Positions 35,201 to 63,431 of a DNA stretch of 64,000 nucleotides are shown here, piece by piece (position 1 is the first letter of the stretch; the number at the start of each line of letters is the position of its first letter). Source of the DNA: Schmidtea polychroa (taxonomy: Eukaryota); the NCBI GenBank assembly GCA_044892525.1, contig CM097885.1, forward strand, positions 1,614,001 through 1,678,000, in the 5' to 3' direction. The notes below the pieces were generated by a model. That model was not told the origin of the DNA. It ran no database searches and saw nothing but the letters and a program-made list of their open reading frames with translations. The position numbers and the translations under genes were made by a program.

Positions 35201-38200
35201 CCCAGCAAGGATGACCAGCAATGATGACCAGCAAGGGTGCCCAGCAAGAATGCCCAGCAAGGATGAACAGCAAGGATGAACAGCAAGAATGCCCAGCAAG
35301 GATGCCCAGCAAGAATGCCCAGCAAGGATGAACAGCAAGGATGAACAGCAAGGATGACCAACAAGTATGAACAGCAAGGATGCCCAGCAAGGATGCCCAG
35401 CAAGGATGCCCAGCAAGGATGCCCAGCAAGGATGCCCAGCAAGGATGAACAGCAAGGGTGCCCAGCAAGGATGACCAGCAATGATGACCAGTAAGGGTGC
35501 CCAGCAAGGATGCCCAGCAAGGGTGCCCAGCAAGGATGCCCAGCAAGGATGCCCAGCAAGAATGCCCAGCAAGGATGAACAGCAAGGATGAACAGCAAGA
35601 ATGCCCAGCAAGGATGCCCAGCAAGAATGCCCAGCAAGGATGAACAGCAAGGATGAACAGCAAGGATGACCAACAAGTATGAACAGCAAGGATGCCCAGC
35701 AAGGATGCCCAGCAAGGATGCCCAGCAAGGATGAACAGCAAGGGTGCCCAGCAAGGATGACCAGCAATGATGACCAGTAAGGGTGCCCAGCAAGGATGCC
35801 CAGCAAGAATGCCCAGCAAGGATGCCGAGCAAGAATGCCCAGCAAGGATGAACAGCAAGGATGAACCGCAAGGATGACCAGCAAGAATGCCCAGCAAGGG
35901 TGCCCAGCAAGGATGAACAGCAAGGGTGCCCAGCAAGGATGCCCAGCAAGAATGCCCAGCAAGAATGCCCAGCAAGAATGACCAGCAAGGATGCCCAGCA
36001 AGGATGCCCAGCAAGAATGCCCAGCAAGAATGCCCAGCAAGAATGCCCAGCAAGAATGCCCAGCAAGAATGCCCAGCAAGGATGAACAGCAAGGATGAAC
36101 CGCAAGGATGACCAGCAAGAATGCCCAGCAAGGGTGCCCAGCAAGGATGAACAGCAAGAGTGCCCAGCAAGGATGACCAGCAATGATGACCAGCAAGGGT
36201 GCCCAGCAAGGATGACCAGCAATGATGACCAGCAAGGATGAACAGCAAGGATGAACAGCAAGGATGAACAGCAAGAATGCCCAGCAAGAATGCCCAGCAA
36301 GGGTGCCCAGCAAGGATGAACAGCAAGGGTGCCCAGCAAGGATGCCCAGCAAGAATGCCCAGCAAGGATGAACAGCAAGGATGAACCGCAAGGATGACCA
36401 GCAAGAATGCCCAGCAAGGGTGCCCAGCAAGGATGAACAGCAAGGGTGCCCAGCAAGGATGCCCAGCAAGAATGCCCAGCAAGAATGCCCAGCAAGAATG
36501 ACCAGCAAGGATGCCCAGCAAGGATGCCCAGCAAGAATGCCCAGCAAGAATGCCCAGCAAGAATGCCCAGCAAGAATGCCCAGCAAGAATGCCCAGCAAG
36601 AATGCCCAGCAAGAATGCCCAGCAAGGATGAACAGCAAGGATGAACCGCAAGGATGACCAGCAAGAATGCCCAGCAAGGGTGCCCAGCAAGGATGAACAG
36701 CAAGGGTGCCCAGCAAGGATGACCAGCAATGATGACCAGCAAGGGTGCCCAGCAAGGATGACCAGCAATGATGACCAGCAAGGATGAACAGCAAGGATGA
36801 ACAGCAAGGATGAACAGCAAGAATGCCCAGCAAGAATGCCCAGCAAGAATGCCCAGCAAGGATGAACAGCAAGGATGAACAGCAAGAATGCCCAGCAAGG
36901 ATGAACAGCAAGGGTGCCAATCAAGGATGACCAGCAATGATGACCAGCAAGGGTGCCCAGCAAGGATGCCCAGCAAGAATGCCCAGCAAGGATGAACAGC
37001 AAGGATGAACAGCAAGAATGCCCAGCAAGGATGAACAGCAAGGGTGCCAATCAAGGATGACCAGCAATGATGACCAGCAAGGGTGCCCAGCAAGGATGCC
37101 CAGCAAGAATGACCAGCAAGGATGCCCAGTAAGGATGCCCAGCAAGAATGCCCAGCAAGGGTGCCCAGCAAGGATGCCCAGCAAGAATGCCCAGCAAGGA
37201 TGAACAGCAAGGATGACCAACAAGTATGAACAGCAAGGATGCCCAGCAAGGATGAACAGCAAGGGTGCCCAGCAAGGATGACCAGCAAGGGTGCCCAGCA
37301 AGAATGCCCAGCAAGGATGCCCAGCAAGAATGCCCAGCAAGGATGAACAGCAAGGATGAACAGCAAGGATGACCAGCAAGGGTGCCCAGCAAGGATGCCC
37401 AGCAAGAATGCCCAGCAAGGATGAACAGCAAGGATGACCAACAAGTATGAACAGCAAGGATGCCCAGCAAGGATGCCCAGCAAGGATGAACAGCAAGGGT
37501 GCCCAGCAAGGATGACCAGCAAGGGTGCCCAGCAAGGATGCCCAGCAAGAATGCCCAGCAAGAATGCCCAGCAAGAATGCCCAGCAAGAATGCCCAGCAA
37601 GGATGAACAGCAAGGATGAACAGCAAGAATGAACAGCAAGGATGACCAACAAGTATGAACAGCAAGGATGCCCAGCAAGGATGACTAGCAATGATGACCA
37701 GTAAGGGTGCCCAGCAAGGATGCCCAGCAAGAATGCCCAGCAAGGATGCCGAGCAAGAATGCCCAGCAAGGATGCCCAGCAAGAATGCCCAGCAAGGATG
37801 AACAGCAAGGATGAACAGCAAGGGTGCCCAGCAAGGATGACCAGCAATGATGACCAGCAAGGGTGCCCAGCAAGAATGCCCAGCAAGGATGAACAGCAAG
37901 GATGAACAGCAAGAATGCCCAGCAAGGATGCCCAGCAAGAATGCTCAGCAAGGATGAACAGCAAGGATGAACAGCAAGGATGACCAACAAGTATGAACAG
38001 CAAGGATGCCCAGCAAGGATGCCCAGCAAGGATGCCCAGCAAGGATGCCCAGCAAGGATGCCCAGCAAGGATGAACAGCAAGGGTGCCCAGCAAGGATGA
38101 CTAGCAATGATGACCAGTAAGGGTGCCCAGCAAGGATGCCCAGCAAGAATGCCCAGCAAGAATGCCCAGCAAGAATGCCCAGCAAGGATGAACAGCAAGG

Positions 38201-41200
38201 ATGAACCGCAAGGATGACCAGCAAGGGTGCCCAGCAAGGATGAACAGCAAGGGTGCCCAGCAAGGATGACCAGCAATGATGACCAGCAAGGGTGCCCAGC
38301 AAGGATGACCAGCAATGATGACCAGCAAGGATGAACAGCAAGGATGAACAGCAAGGATGAACAGCAAGAATGCCCAGCAAGAATGCCCAGCAAGAATGCC
38401 CAGCAAGGATGAACAGCAAGGATGAACAGCAAGAATGCCCAGCAAGGATGAACAGCAAGGGTGCCAATCAAGGATGACCAGCAATGATGACCAGCAAGGG
38501 TGCCCAGCAAGGATGCCCAGCAAGAATGCCCAGCAAGGATGAACAGCAAGGATGAACAGCAAGAATGCCCAGCAAGGATGAACAGCAAGGGTGCCAATCA
38601 AGGATGACCAGCAATGATGACCAGCAAGGGTGCCCAGCAAGGATGCCCAGCAAGAATGACCAGCAAGGATGCCCAGTAAGGATGCCCAGCAAGAATGCCC
38701 AGCAAGGGTGCCCAGCAAGGATGCCCAGCAAGAATGCCCAGCAAGGATGAACAGCAAGGATGACCAACAAGTATGAACAGCAAGGATGCCCAGCAAGGAT
38801 GAACAGCAAGGGTGCCCAGCAAGGATGACCAGCAAGGGTGCCCAGCAAGAATGCCCAGCAAGGATGCCCAGCAAGAATGCCCAGCAAGGATGAACAGCAA
38901 GGATGAACAGCAAGGATGACCAGCAAGGGTGCCCAGCAAGGATGCCCAGCAAGAATGCCCAGCAAGGATGAACAGCAAGGATGACCAACAAGTATGAACA
39001 GCAAGGATGCCCAGCAAGGATGCCCAGCAAGGATGAACAGCAAGGGTGCCCAGCAAGGATGACCAGCAAGGGTGCCCAGCAAGGATGCCCAGCAAGAATG
39101 CCCAGCAAGAATGCCCAGCAAGAATGCCCAGCAAGAATGCCCAGCAAGGATGAACAGCAAGGATGAACAGCAAGAATGAACAGCAAGGATGACCAACAAG
39201 TATGAACAGCAAGGATGCCCAGCAAGGATGCCCAGCAAGGATGCCCAGCAAGGATGAACAGCAAGGGTGCCCAGCAAGGATGACTAGCAATGATGACCAG
39301 TAAGGGTGCCCAGCAAGGATGCCCAGCAAGAATGCCCAGCAAGGATGCCGAGCAAGAATGCCCAGCAAGGATGCCCAGCAAGAATGCCCAGCAAGGATGA
39401 ACAGCAAGGATGAACAGCAAGGGTGCCCAGCAAGGATGACCAGCAATGATGACCAGCAAGGGTGCCCAGCAAGAATGCCCAGCAAGGATGAACAGCAAGG
39501 ATGAACAGCAAGAATGCCCAGCAAGGATGCCCAGCAAGAATGCTCAGCAAGGATGAACAGCAAGGATGAACAGCAAGGATGACCAACAAGTATGAACAGC
39601 AAGGATGCCCAGCAAGGATGCCCAGCAAGGATGCCCAGCAAGGATGCCCAGCAAGGATGCCCAGCAAGGATGAACAGCAAGGGTGCCCAGCAAGGATGAC
39701 TAGCAATGATGACCAGTAAGGGTGCCCAGCAAGGATGCCCAGCAAGAATGCCCAGCAAGGATGCCGAGCAAGAATGCCCAGCAAGGATGAACAGCAAGGA
39801 TGAACCGCAAGGATGACCAGCAAGAATGCCCAGCAAGAATGCCCAGCAAGGGTGCCCAGCAAGGATGAACAGCAAGGGTGCCCAGCAAGGATGCCCAGCA
39901 AGAATGCCCAGCAAGAATGCCCAGCAAGAATGACCAGCAAGGATGCCCAGCAAGGATGCCCAGCAAGAATGCCCAGCAAGAATGCCCAGCAAGAATGCCC
40001 AGCAAGAATGCCCAGCAAGGATGAACAGCAAGGATGAACCGCAAGGATGACCAGCAAGAATGCCCAGCAAGGGTGCCCAGCAAGGATGAACAGCAAGGGT
40101 GCCCAGCAAGGATGACCAGCAATGATGACCAGCAAGGGTGCCCAGCAAGGATGACCAGCAATGATGACCAGCAAGGATGAACAGCAAGGATGAACAGCAA
40201 GGATGAACAGCAAGAATGCCCAGCAAGAATGCCCAGCAAGAATGCCCAGCAAGGATGAACAGCAAGGATGAACAGCAAGAATGCCCAGCAAGGATGAACA
40301 GCAAGGGTGCCAATCAAGGATGACCAGCAATGATGACCAGCAAGGGTGCCCAGCAAGGATGCCCAGCAAGAATGCCCAGCAAGGATGAACAGCAAGGATG
40401 AACAGCAAGGATGACCAGCAAGGGTGCCCAGCAAGGATGCCCAGCAAGAATGCCCAGCAAGGATGAACAGCAAGGATGACCAACAAGTATGAACAGCAAG
40501 GATGCCCAGCAAGGATGCCCAGCAAGGATGAACAGCAAGGGTGCCCAGCAAGGATGACCAGCAAGGGTGCCCAGCAAGAATGCCCAGCAAGGATGCCCAG
40601 CAAGAATGCCCAGCAAGAATGCCCAGCAAGAATGCCCAGCAAGAATGCCCAGCAAGGATGAACAGCAAGGGTGCCAATCAAGGATGACCAGCAATGATGA
40701 CCAGCAAGGGTGCCCAGCAAGAATGCCCAGCAAGGATGAACAGCAAGGATGACCAACAAGTATGAACAGCAAGGATGCCCAGCAAGGATGCCCAGCAAGG
40801 ATGAACAGCAAGGATGCCCAGCAAGGGTGCCCAGCAAGGATGCCCAGCAAGAATGCCCAGCAAGAATGCCCAGCAAGGATGAACAGCAAGGATGACCAGC
40901 AAAGATGTCCAGCAAGGATGCCCAGCAAAGATGTCCAGCAAGGATGAACAGCAAGGGTGCCCAGCAAGGATGAACAGCAAGGATGACCAGCAAGGGTGCC
41001 CAGCAAGAATGCCCAGCAAGGGTGCCCAGCAAGGATGAACAGCAAGGATGACCAACAAGTGTGAATAGCAAGGATGCCCAGCAAGGATGAACAGCAAGGG
41101 TGCCCAGCAAGGATGACCAGCAATGATGACCAGCAAGGGTGCCCAGCAAGGATGACCAGCAATGATGACCAGCAAGGATGAACAGCAAGGATGCCCAGCA

Positions 41201-44200
41201 AGAATGACCAGCAAGGGTGCCCAGCAAGAATGCCCAGCAAGGATGAACAGCAAGGATAAACAGCAAGAATGCCCAGCAAGGATGAACAGCAAGGGTGCCA
41301 ATCAAGGATGACCAGCAATGATGACCAGCAAGGATGCCCAGCAAGAATGCCCAACAAGAATGCCCAGCAAGGATGAACAGCAAGGATGACCAACAAGTAT
41401 GAACAGCAAGGATGCCCAGCAAGGATGAACAGCAAGGGTGCCCAGCAAGGATGACCAGCAATGATGACCAGCAAGGGTGCCCAGCAAGAATGCCCAGCAA
41501 GGATGCCCAGCAAGAATGCCCAGCAAGGATGAACAGCAAGGATGAACAGCAAGGATGAACAGCAAGGATGCCCAGCCAGGATGACCAGCAATGATAACCA
41601 GCAAGGGTGCCCAGCAAGAATGCCCAGCAAGGATGCCCAGCAAGAATGCCCAGCAAGGATGAACAGCAAGGATGAACAGCAAGGGTGCCCAGCAAGGATG
41701 ACCAGCAATGATGACCAGCAAGGGTGCCCAGCAAGAATGCCCAGCAAGGATGAACAGCAAGGATGAACAGCAAGAATGCCCAGCAAGGATGCCCAGCAAG
41801 AATGCCCAGCAAGGATGAACAGCAAGGATGAACAGCAAGGATGACCAACAAGTATGAACAGCAAGGATGCCCAGCAAGGATGCCCAGCAAGGATGCCCAG
41901 CAAGGATGCCCAGCAAGGATGCCCAGCAAGGATGAACAGCAAGGGTGCCCAGCAAGGATGACCAGCAATGATGACCAGTAAGGGTGCCCAGCAAGGATGC
42001 CCAGCAAGGGTGCCTAGCAAGGATGCCCAGCAAGGATGCCCAGCAAGAATGCCCAGCAAGGATGAACAGCAAGGATGAACAGCAAGAATGCCCAGCAAGG
42101 ATGCCCAGCAAGAATGCCCAGCAAGGATGAACAGCAAGGATGAACAGCAAGGATGACCAACAAGTATGAACAGCAAGGATGCCCAGCAAGGATGCCCAGC
42201 AAGGATGCCCAGCAAGGATGAACAGCAAGGGTGCCCAGCAAGGATGACCAGCAATGATGACCAGTAAGGGTGCCCAGCAAGGATGCCCAGCAAGAATGCC
42301 CAGCAAGGATGCCGAGCAAGAATGCCCAGCAAGGATGAACAGCAAGGATGAACCGCAAGGATGACCAGCAAGAATGCCCAGCAAGGGTGCCCAGCAAGGA
42401 TGAACAGCAAGGGTGCCCAGCAAGGATGCCCAGCAAGAATGCCCAGCAAGAATGCCCAGCAAGAATGACCAGCAAGGATGCCCAGCAAGGATGCCCAGCA
42501 AGAATGCCCAGCAAGAATGCCCAGCAAGAATGCCCAGCAAGAATGCCCAGCAAGAATGCCCAGCAAGGATGAACAGCAAGGATGAACCGCAAGGATGACC
42601 AGCAAGAATGCCCAGCAAGGGTGCCCAGCAAGGATGAACAGCAAGAGTGCCCAGCAAGGATGACCAGCAATGATGACCAGCAAGGGTGCCCAGCAAGGAT
42701 GACCAGCAATGATGACCAGCAAGGATGAACAGCAAGGATGAACAGCAAGGATGAACAGCAAGAATGCCCAGCAAGAATGCCCAGCAAGGGTGCCCAGCAA
42801 GGATGAACAGCAAGGGTGCCCAGCAAGGATGCCCAGCAAGAATGCCCAGCAAGGATGAACAGCAAGGATGAACCGCAAGGATGACCAGCAAGAATGCCCA
42901 GCAAGGGTGCCCAGCAAGGATGAACAGCAAGGGTGCCCAGCAAGGATGCCCAGCAAGAATGCCCAGCAAGAATGCCCAGCAAGAATGACCAGCAAGGATG
43001 CCCAGCAAGGATGCCCAGCAAGAATGCCCAGCAAGAATGCCCAGCAAGAATGCCCAGCAAGAATGCCCAGCAAGAATGCCCAGCAAGAATGCCCAGCAAG
43101 AATGCCCAGCAAGGATGAACAGCAAGGATGAACCGCAAGGATGACCAGCAAGAATGCCCAGCAAGGGTGCCCAGCAAGGATGAACAGCAAGGGTGCCCAG
43201 CAAGGATGACCAGCAATGATGACCAGCAAGGGTGCCCAGCAAGGATGACCAGCAATGATGACCAGCAAGGATGAACAGCAAGGATGAACAGCAAGGATGA
43301 ACAGCAAGAATGCCCAGCAAGAATGCCCAGCAAGAATGCCCAGCAAGGATGAACAGCAAGGATGAACAGCAAGAATGCCCAGCAAGGATGAACAGCAAGG
43401 GTGCCAATCAAGGATGACCAGCAATGATGACCAGCAAGGGTGCCCAGCAAGGATGCCCAGCAAGAATGCCCAGCAAGGATGAACAGCAAGGATGAACAGC
43501 AAGAATGCCCAGCAAGGATGAACAGCAAGGGTGCCAATCAAGGATGACCAGCAATGATGACCAGCAAGGGTGCCCAGCAAGGATGCCCAGCAAGAATGAC
43601 CAGCAAGGATGCCCAGCAAGGATGCCCAGCAAGAATGCCCAGCAAGGGTGCCCAGCAAGGATGCCCAGCAAGAATGCCCAGCAAGGATGAACAGCAAGGA
43701 TGACCAACAAGTATGAACAGCAAGGATGCCCAGCAAGGATGAACAGCAAGGGTGCCCAGCAAGGATGACCAGCAAGGGTGCCCAGCAAGAATGCCCAGCA
43801 AGGATGCCCAGCAAGAATGCCCAGCAAGGATGAACAGCAAGGATGAACAGCAAGGATGACCAGCAAGGGTGCCCAGCAAGGATGCCCAGCAAGAATGCCC
43901 AGCAAGGATGAACAGCAAGGATGACCAACAAGTATGAACAGCAAGGATGCCCAGCAAGGATGCCCAGCAAGGATGAACAGCAAGGGTGCCCAGCAAGGAT
44001 GACCAGCAAGGGTGCCCAGCAAGGATGCCCAGCAAGAATGCCCAGCAAGAATGCCCAGCAAGAATGCCCAGCAAGAATGCCCAGCAAGGATGAACAGCAA
44101 GGATGAACAGCAAGAATGAACAGCAAGGATGACCAACAAGTATGAACAGCAAGGATGCCCAGCAAGGATGCCCAGCAAGGATGCCCAGCAAGGATGAACA

Positions 44201-47200
44201 GCAAGGGTGCCCAGCAAGGATGACTAGCAATGATGACCAGTAAGGGTGCCCAGCAAGGATGCCCAGCAAGAATGCCCAGCAAGGATGCCGAGCAAGAATG
44301 CCCAGCAAGGATGCCCAGCAAGAATGCCCAGCAAGGATGAACAGCAAGGATGAACAGCAAGGGTGCCCAGCAAGGATGACCAGCAATGATGACCAGCAAG
44401 GGTGCCCAGCAAGAATGCCCAGCAAGGATGAACAGCAAGGATGAACAGCAAGAATGCCCAGCAAGGATGCCCAGCAAGAATGCTCAGCAAGGATGAACAG
44501 CAAGGATGAACAGCAAGGATGACCAACAAGTATGAACAGCAAGGATGCCCAGCAAGGATGCCCAGCAAGGATGCCCAGCAAGGATGCCCAGCAAGGATGC
44601 CCAGCAAGGATGAACAGCAAGGGTGCCCAGCAAGGATGACTAGCAATGATGACCAGTAAGGGTGCCCAGCAAGGATGCCCAGCAAGAATGCCCAGCAAGG
44701 ATGCCGAGCAAGAATGCCCAGCAAGGATGAACAGCAAGGATGAACCGCAAGGATGACCAGCAAGAATGCCCAGCAAGAATGCCCAGCAAGGGTGCCCAGC
44801 AAGGATGAACAGCAAGGGTGCCCAGCAAGGATGCCCAGCAAGAATGCCCAGCAAGAATGCCCAGCAAGAATGACCAGCAAGGATGCCCAGCAAGGATGCC
44901 CAGCAAGAATGCCCAGCAAGAATGCCCAGCAAGAATGCCCAGCAAGAATGCCCAGCAAGGATGAACAGCAAGGATGAACCGCAAGGATGACCAGCAAGAA
45001 TGCCCAGCAAGGGTGCCCAGCAAGGATGAACAGCAAGGGTGCCCAGCAAGGATGACCAGCAATGATGACCAGCAAGGGTGCCCAGCAAGGATGACCAGCA
45101 ATGATGACCAGCAAGGATGAACAGCAAGGATGAACAGCAAGGATGAACAGCAAGAATGCCCAGCAAGAATGCCCAGCAAGAATGCCCAGCAAGGATGAAC
45201 AGCAAGGATGAACAGCAAGAATGCCCAGCAAGGATGAACAGCAAGGGTGCCAATCAAGGATGACCAGCAATGATGACCAGCAAGGGTGCCCAGCAAGGAT
45301 GCCCAGCAAGAATGCCCAGCAAGGATGAACAGCAAGGATGAACAGCAAGGATGACCAGCAAGGGTGCCCAGCAAGGATGCCCAGCAAGAATGCCCAGCAA
45401 GGATGAACAGCAAGGATGACCAACAAGTATGAACAGCAAGGATGCCCAGCAAGGATGCCCAGCAAGGATGAACAGCAAGGGTGCCCAGCAAGGATGACCA
45501 GCAAGGGTGCCCAGCAAGAATGCCCAGCAAGGATGCCCAGCAAGAATGCCCAGCAAGAATGCCCAGCAAGAATGCCCAGCAAGGATGAACAGCAAGGGTG
45601 CCAATCAAGGATGACCAGCAATGATGACCAGCAAGGGTGCCCAGCAAGAATGCCCAGCAAGGATGAACAGCAAGGATGACCAACAAGTATGAACAGCAAG
45701 GATGCCCAGCAAGGATGCCCAGCAAGGATGAACAGCAAGGATGCCCAGCAAGGGTGCCCAGCAAGGATGCCCAGCAAGAATGCCCAGCAAGAATGCCCAG
45801 CAAGGATGAACAGCAAGGATGACCAGCAAAGATGTCCAGCAAGGATGCCCAGCAAAGATGTCCAGCAAGGATGAACAGCAAGGGTGCCCAGCAAGGATGA
45901 ACAGCAAGGATGACCAGCAAGGGTGCCCAGCAAGAATGCCCAGCAAGGGTGCCCAGCAAGGATGAACAGCAAGGATGACCAACAAGTGTGAATAGCAAGG
46001 ATGCCCAGCAAGGATGAACAGCAAGGGTGCCCAGCAAGGATGACCAGCAATGATGACCAGCAAGGGTGCCCAGCAAGGATGACCAGCAATGATGACCAGC
46101 AAGGATGAACAGCAAGGATGCCCAGCAAGAATGACCAGCAAGGGTGCCCAGCAAGAATGCCCAGCAAGGATGAACAGCAAGGATAAACAGCAAGAATGCC
46201 CAGCAAGGATGAACAGCAAGGGTGCCAATCAAGGATGACCAGCAATGATGACCAGCAAGGATGCCCAGCAAGAATGCCCAACAAGAATGCCCAGCAAGGA
46301 TGAACAGCAAGGATGACCAACAAGTATGAACAGCAAGGATGCCCAGCAAGGATGAACAGCAAGGGTGCCCAGCAAGGATGACCAGCAATGATGACCAGCA
46401 AGGGTGCCCAGCAAGAATGCCCAGCAAGGATGCCCAGCAAGAATGCCCAGCAAGGATGAACAGCAAGGATGAACAGCAAGGATGAACAGCAAGGATGCCC
46501 AGCCAGGATGACCAGCAATGATAACCAGCAAGGGTGCCCAGCAAGAATGCCCAGCAAGGATGCCCAGCAAGAATGCCCAGCAAGGATGAACAGCAAGGAT
46601 GAACAGCAAGGGTGCCCAGCAAGGATGACCAGCAATGATGACCAGCAAGGGTGCCCAGCAAGAATGCCCAGCAAGGATGAACAGCAAGGATGAACAGCAA
46701 GAATGCCCAGCAAGGATGCCCAGCAAGAATGCCCAGCAAGGATGAACAGCAAGGATGAACAGCAAGGATGACCAACAAGTATGAACAGCAAGGATGCCCA
46801 GCAAGGATGCCCAGCAAGGATGCCCAGCAAGGATGCCCAGCAAGGATGCCCAGCAAGGATGAACAGCAAGGGTGCCCAGCAAGGATGACCAGCAATGATG
46901 ACCAGTAAGGGTGCCCAGCAAGGATGCCCAGCAAGGGTGCCTAGCAAGGATGCCCAGCAAGGATGCCCAGCAAGAATGCCCAGCAAGGATGAACAGCAAG
47001 GATGAACAGCAAGAATGCCCAGCAAGGATGCCCAGCAAGAATGCCCAGCAAGGATGAACAGCAAGGATGAACAGCAAGGATGACCAACAAGTATGAACAG
47101 CAAGGATGCCCAGCAAGGATGCCCAGCAAGGATGCCCAGCAAGGATGAACAGCAAGGGTGCCCAGCAAGGATGACCAGCAATGATGACCAGTAAGGGTGC

Positions 47201-49868
47201 CCAGCAAGGATGCCCAGCAAGAATGCCCAGCAAGGATGCCGAGCAAGAATGCCCAGCAAGGATGAACAGCAAGGATGAACCGCAAGGATGACCAGCAAGA
47301 ATGCCCAGCAAGGGTGCCCAGCAAGGATGAACAGCAAGGGTGCCCAGCAAGGATGCCCAGCAAGAATGCCCAGCAAGAATGCCCAGCAAGAATGACCAGC
47401 AAGGATGCCCAGCAAGGATGCCCAGCAAGAATGCCCAGCAAGAATGCCCAGCAAGAATGCCCAGCAAGAATGCCCAGCAAGAATGCCCAGCAAGGATGAA
47501 CAGCAAGGATGAACCGCAAGGATGACCAGCAAGAATGCCCAGCAAGGGTGCCCAGCAAGGATGAACAGCAAGAGTGCCCAGCAAGGATGACCAGCAATGA
47601 TGACCAGCAAGGGTGCCCAGCAAGGATGACCAGCAATGATGACCAGCAAGGATGAACAGCAAGGATGAACAGCAAGGATGAACAGCAAGAATGCCCAGCA
47701 AGAATGCCCAGCAAGGGTGCCCAGCAAGGATGAACAGCAAGGGTGCCCAGCAAGGATGCCCAGCAAGAATGCCCAGCAAGGATGAACAGCAAGGATGAAC
47801 CGCAAGGATGACCAGCAAGAATGCCCAGCAAGGGTGCCCAGCAAGGATGAACAGCAAGGGTGCCCAGCAAGGATGCCCAGCAAGAATGCCCAGCAAGAAT
47901 GCCCAGCAAGAATGACCAGCAAGGATGCCCAGCAAGGATGCCCAGCAAGAATGCCCAGCAAGAATGCCCAGCAAGAATGCCCAGCAAGAATGCCCAGCAA
48001 GAATGCCCAGCAAGAATGCCCAGCAAGGATGAACAGCAAGGATGAACCGCAAGGATGACCAGCAAGAATGCCCAGCAAGGGTGCCCAGCAAGGATGAACA
48101 GCAAGGGTGCCCAGCAAGGATGACCAGCAATGATGACCAGCAAGGGTGCCCAGCAAGGATGACCAGCAATGATGACCAGCAAGGATGAACAGCAAGGATG
48201 AACAGCAAGGATGAACAGCAAGAATGCCCAGCAAGAATGCCCAGCAAGAATGCCCAGCAAGGATGAACAGCAAGGATGAACAGCAAGAATGCCCAGCAAG
48301 GATGAACAGCAAGGGTGCCAATCAAGGATGACCAGCAATGATGACCAGCAAGGGTGCCCAGCAAGGATGCCCAGCAAGAATGCCCAGCAAGGATGAACAG
48401 CAAGGATGAACAGCAAGAATGCCCAGCAAGGATGAACAGCAAGGGTGCCAATCAAGGATGACCAGCAATGATGACCAGCAAGGGTGCCCAGCAAGGATGC
48501 CCAGCAAGAATGACCAGCAAGGATGCCCAGCAAGGATGCCCAGCAAGAATGCCCAGCAAGGGTGCCCAGCAAGGATGCCCAGCAAGAATGCCCAGCAAGG
48601 ATGAACAGCAAGGATGACCAACAAGTATGAACAGCAAGGATGCCCAGCAAGGATGAACAGCAAGGGTGCCCAGCAAGGATGACCAGCAAGGGTGCCCAGC
48701 AAGAATGCCCAGCAAGGATGCCCAGCAAGAATGCCCAGCAAGGATGAACAGCAAGGATGAACAGCAAGGATGACCAGCAAGGGTGCCCAGCAAGGATGCC
48801 CAGCAAGAATGCCCAGCAAGGATGAACAGCAAGGATGACCAACAAGTATGAACAGCAAGGATGCCCAGCAAGGATGAACAGCAAGGGTGCCCAGCAAGGA
48901 TGACCAGCAAGGGTGCCCAGCAAGGATGCCCAGCAAGAATGCCCAGCAAGAATGCCCAGCAAGAATGCCCAGCAAGAATGCCCAGCAAGGATGAACAGCA
49001 AGGATGAACAGCAAGAATGAACAGCAAGGGTGCCCAGCAAGGATGCCCAGCAAGGATGCCCAGCAAGGATGAACAGCAAGGGTGCCCAGCAAGGATGCCC
49101 AGCAAGAATGCCCAGCAAGAATGCCCAGCAAGAATGCCCAGCAAGAATGCCCAGCAAGGATGAACAGCAAGGATGAACAGCAAGAATGAACAGCAAGGAT
49201 GACCAGCAAGGGTGCCCAGCAAGGATGCCCAGCAAGGGTGCCCAGCAAGGATGAACAGCAAGGATGAACAGCAAGTATGAACAGCAAGGATGCCCAGTAA
49301 GGATGCCCAGCAAGGATGCCCAGCAAGGATGCCCAGTAAGGGTGCCCAGCAAGGATGCCCAGCAAGAATGCCCAGCAAGGATGAACAGCAAGGATGCCCA
49401 GCAAGGATGCCCAGTAAGGATGCCCAGCAAGGATGAACAGCAAGGATGCCCAGTAAGGATGCCCAGCAAGGGTGCCCAGCAAGGATGCCCAGCAAGGATG
49501 AACAGCAAGGATGACCAACAAGTATAAACAGCAAGGATGCCCAGCAAGGATGAACAGCAAGGATGACCAGCAAGGGTGCCCAGCATGGATGCCCAGCAAG
49601 GATGACCAGCAAGGATGAACAGCAAGGATGAACAGCAATGATGAACAGCAATGATGACCAGCAAGGGTGCCCAGCAAGGACGCCCAGCAAGAATGCCCAG
49701 CAAGAATGCCCAGCAAGAATGCCCAGCAAGGATGAACAGCAAGGATGAACAGCAATGATGAACAGCAATGATGACCAGCAAGGGTGCCCAGCAAGGACGC
49801 CCAGCAAGAATGAACAGCAAGGATGACCAGCAATGATGACCAGGAAGGATGAACAGCAAGGATGACAA
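26299..49868. repeat. ~23.5-kb satellite of 13-bp monomers (consensus CAGCAAGGATGCC), ~1800 copies, with higher-order duplications
   Basis: Monomer CAGCAA-[GGA/GAA/GGG/TGA]-T-[GCC/GAA/GAC]; 9-bp deletion monomers at the left edge; block offsets of 2002, 1547, 6487 and 4927/4940 bp. Confidence 0.98.
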
Positions 49869-50030
49869 GCGACCACAATACTACCAGCCACAACATATAT
49901 TGCAAATGAAATGTATCATAAAGTATAACCTAACACCAATATTGGATAGCACGTTACAACAGACAAAACAACAGAGGAAATCAAATAACAATCGGACGAC
50001 AGCTGCTCAGAAAACATCCTCCCATGGCAA

Positions 50031-63203
<13,173 letters not shown>

Positions 63204-63431
63204 CTGAAAATGGAAACCAGTGGAATTCAAGGTTTACAATAGATAAATATCAAAATAATTACCAAAATCATCACCATCCAAACATTCAAATAAATGGCAA
63301 ATTGTTCCCCTTATATGTTAATATCAATCAAACCCTTTAATAGCCTTTGACAAACCCATTTCTTCGTGAAATATATGGAAATTTGAAAGGGGTCAGATTA
63401 ATCATATAAGGAAGTCAAATGTTGATTATTG

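Noticed and set aside
26299..49868. CRISPR-like array
   Set aside because: No unique spacers, eukaryotic context, no cas genes
26079..49905. Very long minus-strand ORFs (up to 1946 aa) of LLGILAGHPCW type and plus-strand MPSKDAQQG ORFs
   Set aside because: All three frames give the same 13-residue periodic peptide because the 13-bp monomer lacks minus-strand stops; this is a satellite artefact, not evidence of coding
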